Assembly: GCA_045114775.1 (NCBI GenBank)
Contig: JBGULC010000013.1
Span: forward strand, 49,176 to 113,175
Origin: Christensenellales bacterium
GTDB taxonomy: Bacteria; Bacillota; Clostridia; Christensenellales; CAG-138
Direction of reading: 5' to 3'
Length of the DNA: 64,000 bases
The first letter of the stretch is position 1; each line of letters starts with the position of its first letter. The translations under genes and the position numbers were made by a program. Of this stretch, positions 60,980-64,000 are shown one piece after another. The notes beneath the pieces were generated by a model, which saw nothing but the letters and a program-made list of their open reading frames with translations, was not told the origin of the DNA and ran no database searches.

Positions 60980-62740
60980 GTGATGAAAAAACGTTCCGAC
61001 ATGATCACAAACCTGTTTTTCCGGCTTCTTCCGGTGCAGATCCTTCTGCTTGCCATCGGAAGCATCAATTCCGTGATCGACGGCGTCATGGCGAGCAATT
61101 TCATCGGCGCGGACGCCATGACCGTGACCGGTCTCTATATGCCGCTTATCAAGGTTGCGGAGACGATCAACATCGTGCTGTTGGGCGGTTCGCAGATCCT
61201 GTGCGGACAGTTTCTCGGCAAGAATCAAGTCGATCGCACGCGAAAGGTGTTTTCGCTGGATATGATCCTGATCGTGTCGGTCTCCGTCCTCTTTACGCTG
61301 ATTTCCTTGCTCTTTCCGATGAGCCTTGCCCGCGCGGTCGGCGCGGATGCACAGAACGCGGAGGGGCTCAGAGACTATATTCTCGGAATGGCGATCGGCG
61401 TTCTGCCGCAGATGCTCGGCACGCAGCTGACCGCATTTCTGCAGCTTGAACAGCAGCAGAAGCGCACCTATGTCGGGATCGGGCTGATGATGCTCGTCAA
61501 CGCCGCGCTCGATTATCTCTTCATCGTCGTGCTGCATATGGGCATGTTCGGGCTCGGGCTTTCCACCTCGATCAGTTACTGGGCGTTCTTCCTTGTGCTC
61601 GGCTCGTATTATTTCCAAAAGAAAGCAATCATCCGGTTCTCGCCGCGCGGTCTACTGCGGTCGGACCTTTGGTCAATTATTCGCATCGGCATTCCCGGCG
61701 CGATCACAACGCTCTGCCTGTCGATCCGCGGATTCGTTCTGAACGCGCTGCTGCTGAACACTTCCGGCGGCGACGGCGTTGCGGCGCTTGCTGCGCTGAA
61801 TACGTTCGGCGGGCTTCTGTATGCGGTGTCGGGCGGTCTTGCGGCGACGACCCGGCTGCTGGTCAGCGTGTATGCGGGCGAGGAGGATCGCGACGGCATC
61901 GTAAGGATTATGAAAACCGCGCTGTTCAAGGGCGTTCCGCTCGTGTGCGGCGTCGCGCTGCTGACCGCCTGCCTTGCGGTCCCGCTTACCCGTATGTTCT
62001 TTCAGGATCCGAACAGCAGCGTCTTTTTTCTGACGAAATGGCTGTTCCGGATCTATCCGCTGTGCATGCCTCTGTCGGCGATCTGCGTTATCTTCACCAA
62101 TTACAATCAGAGCATGGCACGCATGAAGATCGTACATGTGCTGTCCGTCATGGACGGACTTCTCGGCACGTGCCTTGCGTCGCTGGCGCTTGCGCCGCTG
62201 TGCGGTGCGATCGGTGTGTGGATCGCGCATGTGCTGAACGGCGTGTTCACCACGGTTGCCATCGTCGTTTATGCGATCCTCGTGCGGAAGCGGTTTCCGC
62301 GGTCGACGGAGGATCTGATCGCGATCGCGGACGGCTTCGGCGTACCGGACGAGCGGAGGCTATCGATCCCGATCCGCGATGCGCGGGAGGTGACCAACGC
62401 GTCCGAACGGATCATGGCGTTCTGCAGCGCACGCGGGATCGATCGAAAGCATGCGTATTATGCGGGGCTGTGCATGGAGGAGCTGGCGGCAAACATCACG
62501 GAACACGGATTCAACGACGGAAAGCCGCATACGGCAGAGATTCGCGTCGTGCAGAAGGATGACGGATTGCTGCTGCGCATTAAAGACGACTGCCGTGCGT
62601 TCAACCCGCAGGAGGCGATGGAACTGATGGATCCGAAGGACCTTATGCATAACATCGGTCTGCGCATCGTGCAGCGGTACGCAAAGAGAATGTATTACAA
62701 CAGCGCTTTGGGACTCAACGTGATCACAATCGAGCTGTAA
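60980..62740 (+). CDS. MATE-family transporter fused to a C-terminal RsbW/SpoIIAB-like HATPase_c domain
   Basis: NSVIDG...FIG, NAALDYLFI...MGMFGLGLST, GIP; C-terminal CMEELAANITEHG, LRIKDDC..FNP, IGLRIV; promoter TTGAAT-17 bp-TATAAT upstream. Confidence 0.85.
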   Translation: MMKKRSDMITNLFFRLLPVQILLLAIGSINSVIDGVMASNFIGADAMTVTGLYMPLIKVAETINIVLLGGSQILCGQFLGKNQVDRTRKVFSLDMILIVSVSVLFTLISLLFPMSLARAVGADAQNAEGLRDYILGMAIGVLPQMLGTQLTAFLQLEQQQKRTYVGIGLMMLVNAALDYLFIVVLHMGMFGLGLSTSISYWAFFLVLGSYYFQKKAIIRFSPRGLLRSDLWSIIRIGIPGAITTLCLSIRGFVLNALLLNTSGGDGVAALAALNTFGGLLYAVSGGLAATTRLLVSVYAGEEDRDGIVRIMKTALFKGVPLVCGVALLTACLAVPLTRMFFQDPNSSVFFLTKWLFRIYPLCMPLSAICVIFTNYNQSMARMKIVHVLSVMDGLLGTCLASLALAPLCGAIGVWIAHVLNGVFTTVAIVVYAILVRKRFPRSTEDLIAIADGFGVPDERRLSIPIRDAREVTNASERIMAFCSARGIDRKHAYYAGLCMEELAANITEHGFNDGKPHTAEIRVVQKDDGLLLRIKDDCRAFNPQEAMELMDPKDLMHNIGLRIVQRYAKRMYYNSALGLNVITIEL

Positions 62741-62795
62741 ACATCAGTACGAGTCACCTTCCGGATTGTCCCGGCACTCCTTTTCGAAAGAAGAA

Positions 62796-62826
62796 AGTGG
62801 CGATAACGAAATCCGTTATCGCCACT
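62796..62826 (+). terminator. Hairpin, probable terminator
   Basis: AGTGGCGATAACG-AAATC-CGTTATCGCCACT. Confidence 0.55.
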
Positions 62827-62831
62827 CGACA

Positions 62832-62948
62832 TGGTTGCGGGGGAGATTTTTGTCCGTTACACAGAAGAACACTTCCCGCTTCTGCTGGGTAGGGAAGTGC
62901 GGTTGTTCCTATGATTTCCTTGAAATAATACGAAGCACGATGACACGG
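62832..62948 (+). repeat. Composite direct repeat, copy 2 (att-like)
   Basis: TGGTTGCGGGGG (62832-62843), 34-mer at 62871-62904 (32/34 identical to copy 1), TGACACGG (62941-62948). Confidence 0.75.
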
Positions 62949-63250
62949 TTGTCCAACTTTCCAAGGGAAACATATCGGGTCAGAATGTTAGAGTTGAATT
63001 CTCTCTTGATGACATAGACATGTCCAGGTTTCAGCAAGGGGCTACATACGAGCAGATCCAGAAGTGGGTGAAGGAGAAGTACGGATTACATGTGGCACAC
63101 TTGAATATTGCAAAGACAAAGCGCAAATGTGGGATCATAGAGCGGCAGAACTATAATCTGCCGAAGAATGAGGACAGTAGGTCGTCGGAGACACCGAAGG
63201 AAAAGGAAGAGGCGATTATCAACGTCAATAAACACTTTCAGATGATTTGA
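62930..63250 (+). pseudogene. Orphan C-terminal fragment resembling RlmD/RumA 3' replacement tails
   Basis: The frame of ORF 63020..63250 extends upstream as TKHDDTVVQLSKGNISGQNVRVEFSLDDID (degenerate TxHVETVVxLS), then ATYEQIQKWVKEKYGLHV...IERQNYN...EKEEAI...HFQMI; no methyltransferase body. Confidence 0.65.
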
Positions 63251-63400
63251 TAATGTATTTATTAACACGAATCTTATCACAGACGCGGCTGATGGACTGC
63301 GACGGGGAACTGAAATTGTAATGTGACAAACGGGGCCGATGCATTTTATGATGTATCGGCCTTGCTTCATAGGTTTTTACGCATAAAGAGCAACTGATTA

Positions 63401-63429
63401 TTGACTAACGAACGAACGTTAGGTATAAT
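63401..63429 (+). promoter_or_regulatory. Promoter with an overlapping TetR-type operator
   Basis: TTGACT-17 bp-TATAAT; inverted repeat CTAACG-AACGAA-CGTTAG at 63405-63422. Confidence 0.7.
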
Positions 63430-63478
63430 AGGCGATGTCATTCAGCATTACTTCGATTTTGGAGAGAGGGCGAAGAGC

Positions 63479-64000
63479 ATGGAAAAGAGCAACACACGGG
63501 AAGAAATACTGGAAGCGGCGCTGGATCTGTTCGCTGTGAACGGATACGAAGCAACCAGTATCTCGCAGCTCGCCGATGCGGTGGGTATCCGTAAGGCATC
63601 CCTTTACAGCCACTTTGCAGGTAAGCAGGACATTCTGGATACTGTCGTCGAAACCGTTCTGAAAGGATATGCGGATCGTTCGATTTTTGTACGTGCCAAC
63701 TGGGACGATCCGGAATTCACGAAGGATAAGACCGGCATGACTGCAGAAGATGTGGCAAAGCTCATCCAGGGGCAGATGCGTTACATCCTGCATGACCCGC
63801 ACATCAGCAAGGGCAGGAAGATGCTTATGATCGAGCAGTTCCGCAATGCAGAACTGGCAGAACTGCAGACGAAACAGAACTATGGTGACGTCCTGAACTA
63901 TTTTACAGGGATGATGAGATTCCTGATCCGTGAAGGAACCGTGAAAAATGCAGATCCTGAGATTATGGCCGCGCAGTTCTCATCTCCGATCACCGTCTGG
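63479..64000 (+). CDS. TetR/AcrR-family regulator (runs off the window)
   Basis: Not in the ORF track; MEKSNTREEILEAALDLFAVNGYEATSISQLADAVGIRKASLYSHFAGKQDIL. Confidence 0.92.
   Translation, partial: MEKSNTREEILEAALDLFAVNGYEATSISQLADAVGIRKASLYSHFAGKQDILDTVVETVLKGYADRSIFVRANWDDPEFTKDKTGMTAEDVAKLIQGQMRYILHDPHISKGRKMLMIEQFRNAELAELQTKQNYGDVLNYFTGMMRFLIREGTVKNADPEIMAAQFSSPITVW

Noticed and set aside
63419-63802. Minus-strand 127-aa ORF
   Set aside because: Antisense to the clear TetR gene starting at 63479.

Overview
High-GC chromosomal window, most likely from an anaerobic Bacillota (Clostridia-like) bacterium (inferred from Gram-positive-type lipoproteins, PTS, sigma-A-like promoters and Clostridia-type pur/pyr genes). 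Left to right: (1) 1-8.2 kb, a minus-strand cluster of at least four paralogous lipoproteins (about 470-490 aa where complete) with conserved termini, an ABC ATPase and a fused double permease, REP-like palindromes and an 11-bp-periodic operator; (2) 8.7-13.7 kb, P5C dehydrogenase followed by a five-gene flavin/Fe-S complex in the order of the Thermococcus pdhAFXB proline dehydrogenase; (3) 14-24 kb, a sucrose locus (GH32, fructokinase, cytoplasmic amylosucrase, Cof HAD, EIIBCA, HPr, EI); (4) 24-42 kb, a cyclohydrolase gene divergent from a 16-gene pyr+pur cluster with a PurF lacking Cys1 and PurO-type/split PurH; (5) 42-49.6 kb, accessory genes including a PrpF::DUF3800-like chimera and an ApbE plus double FMN-binding Fe-S membrane protein; (6) 49.7-62.9 kb, a cellobiose/cellodextrin locus with a LacI-type operator plus a MATE-HATPase fusion, bracketed by two copies of a composite repeat (tRNA-3'-like 12-mer + 34-bp hairpin + TGACACGG); (7) an RlmD-tail remnant and a partial TetR gene. 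No rRNA, full tRNA, CRISPR array, transposase or integrase was seen. All family assignments come from motif recognition by eye; no database searches were run.
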